Shown one piece after another: positions 63,338-64,000 of a DNA stretch of 64,000 nucleotides. The DNA is from Gracilinanus agilis (taxonomy: Eukaryota): assembly GCF_016433145.1 (NCBI RefSeq), contig NC_058135.1, positions 42,711,099 to 42,775,098 on the forward strand. Reading direction: 5' to 3'. A model generated the notes under the pieces. That model saw nothing but the letters and a program-made list of their open reading frames with translations, made no database searches and was not told the DNA's origin. The position numbers and the translations under genes were made by a program. Within the stretch, counting starts at the first letter, position 1. Each line of letters opens with the position of its first letter.

Positions 63338-64000
63338 GTTTGATATAACAAAGTTCAGGTCTAGACTGTAAAAGCTGAAATTTAACTTAGTTGATATTAA
63401 ATCTAAAATTTTCAAATTTCAATTAGATACATTAAAGAACATCTAATTGATCAATTATATAGCATAAAAGGTGACCTAATTCACATAAACATTTTAAGGT
63501 TCTAAAAGAGGATAAAGAAATGTTTTTCATTCATCATATTTCCCATTTAAAACAACAATACTAAAAGTCATCTGGTTGTTAGCATTAACTAAAGGCCTCT
63601 ATAACACTTATCACAGAAAAGGGGAAGTTTATTTTCCCATAAGGATTAATAATCTAAAGCCTCCAGTATGAAAAAGGAAGTTTATGAGTGCTTTGTTATT
63701 GTGTTTTTCAAATACAGTACCCTTTGAAAATAATGAGAAGATGTCTCTCTCTTAAGGTTCGATAAGTTGTGTCATGGTCCTATATGAAAAACATGCTATT
63801 AAATTATAGATGTTATACACTCAAATATAATATTCCAATAGGAGAAAGAAAGCAGCAAGTAAATGTTCCATGTTACTTATTTAAACACCAGCCCAAGAAA
63901 GGGTGATGAAAAAGAGAATTTTAACAAAATAGTCCTTTTAAATTCTGTTAATAGAACATTGATATGTGAACTAAAGTCATTGGAATTCTGACAACTACTA

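Noticed and set aside
54534-64000. KLHL8 promoter or first exon
   Set aside because: No CpG island or convincing first exon. The GC-rich patch at 61871-62393 is a hAT MITE. The promoter probably lies beyond the window.

Overview
This is vertebrate genomic DNA, not microbial. The repeat content (SINE1-type tRNA SINEs, marsupial-type L1s, solo LTRs) points to a marsupial, most likely the opossum Monodelphis; this is inferred from recognised repeats, not from a database search. Two genes converge tail-to-tail. On the + strand are the last coding exon and a ~5.3 kb 3'UTR of AFF1 (584-~5970). On the - strand is the complete coding region of KLHL8, a BTB-BACK-Kelch CUL3 adaptor: 9 GT-AG coding exons from 54398 down to 17514, totalling 1872 nt (623 aa + stop) with consistent phases. 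KLHL8's promoter and first exon are not evident and probably lie beyond 64000. The ~10 kb between the two 3' ends holds an apparently non-coding LTR-retroelement relic (LTR + tRNA-Arg-like PBS + PPT-like tract), a nested LTR, L1 pieces and a decayed processed YBX3-like pseudogene fragment. KLHL8 introns contain young SINEs and an L1 with clean TSDs, solo LTRs, a Tigger-like MITE and a hAT MITE, and there is a 388-nt assembly gap. I found no convincing new multi-gene system. The best second-look items are the LTR element, a hairpin/ETS/TATA module shared by two LTRs, the YBX3 relic, KLHL8's uORF cluster and tandem splice donors, and an OposCharlie-like hAT MITE.
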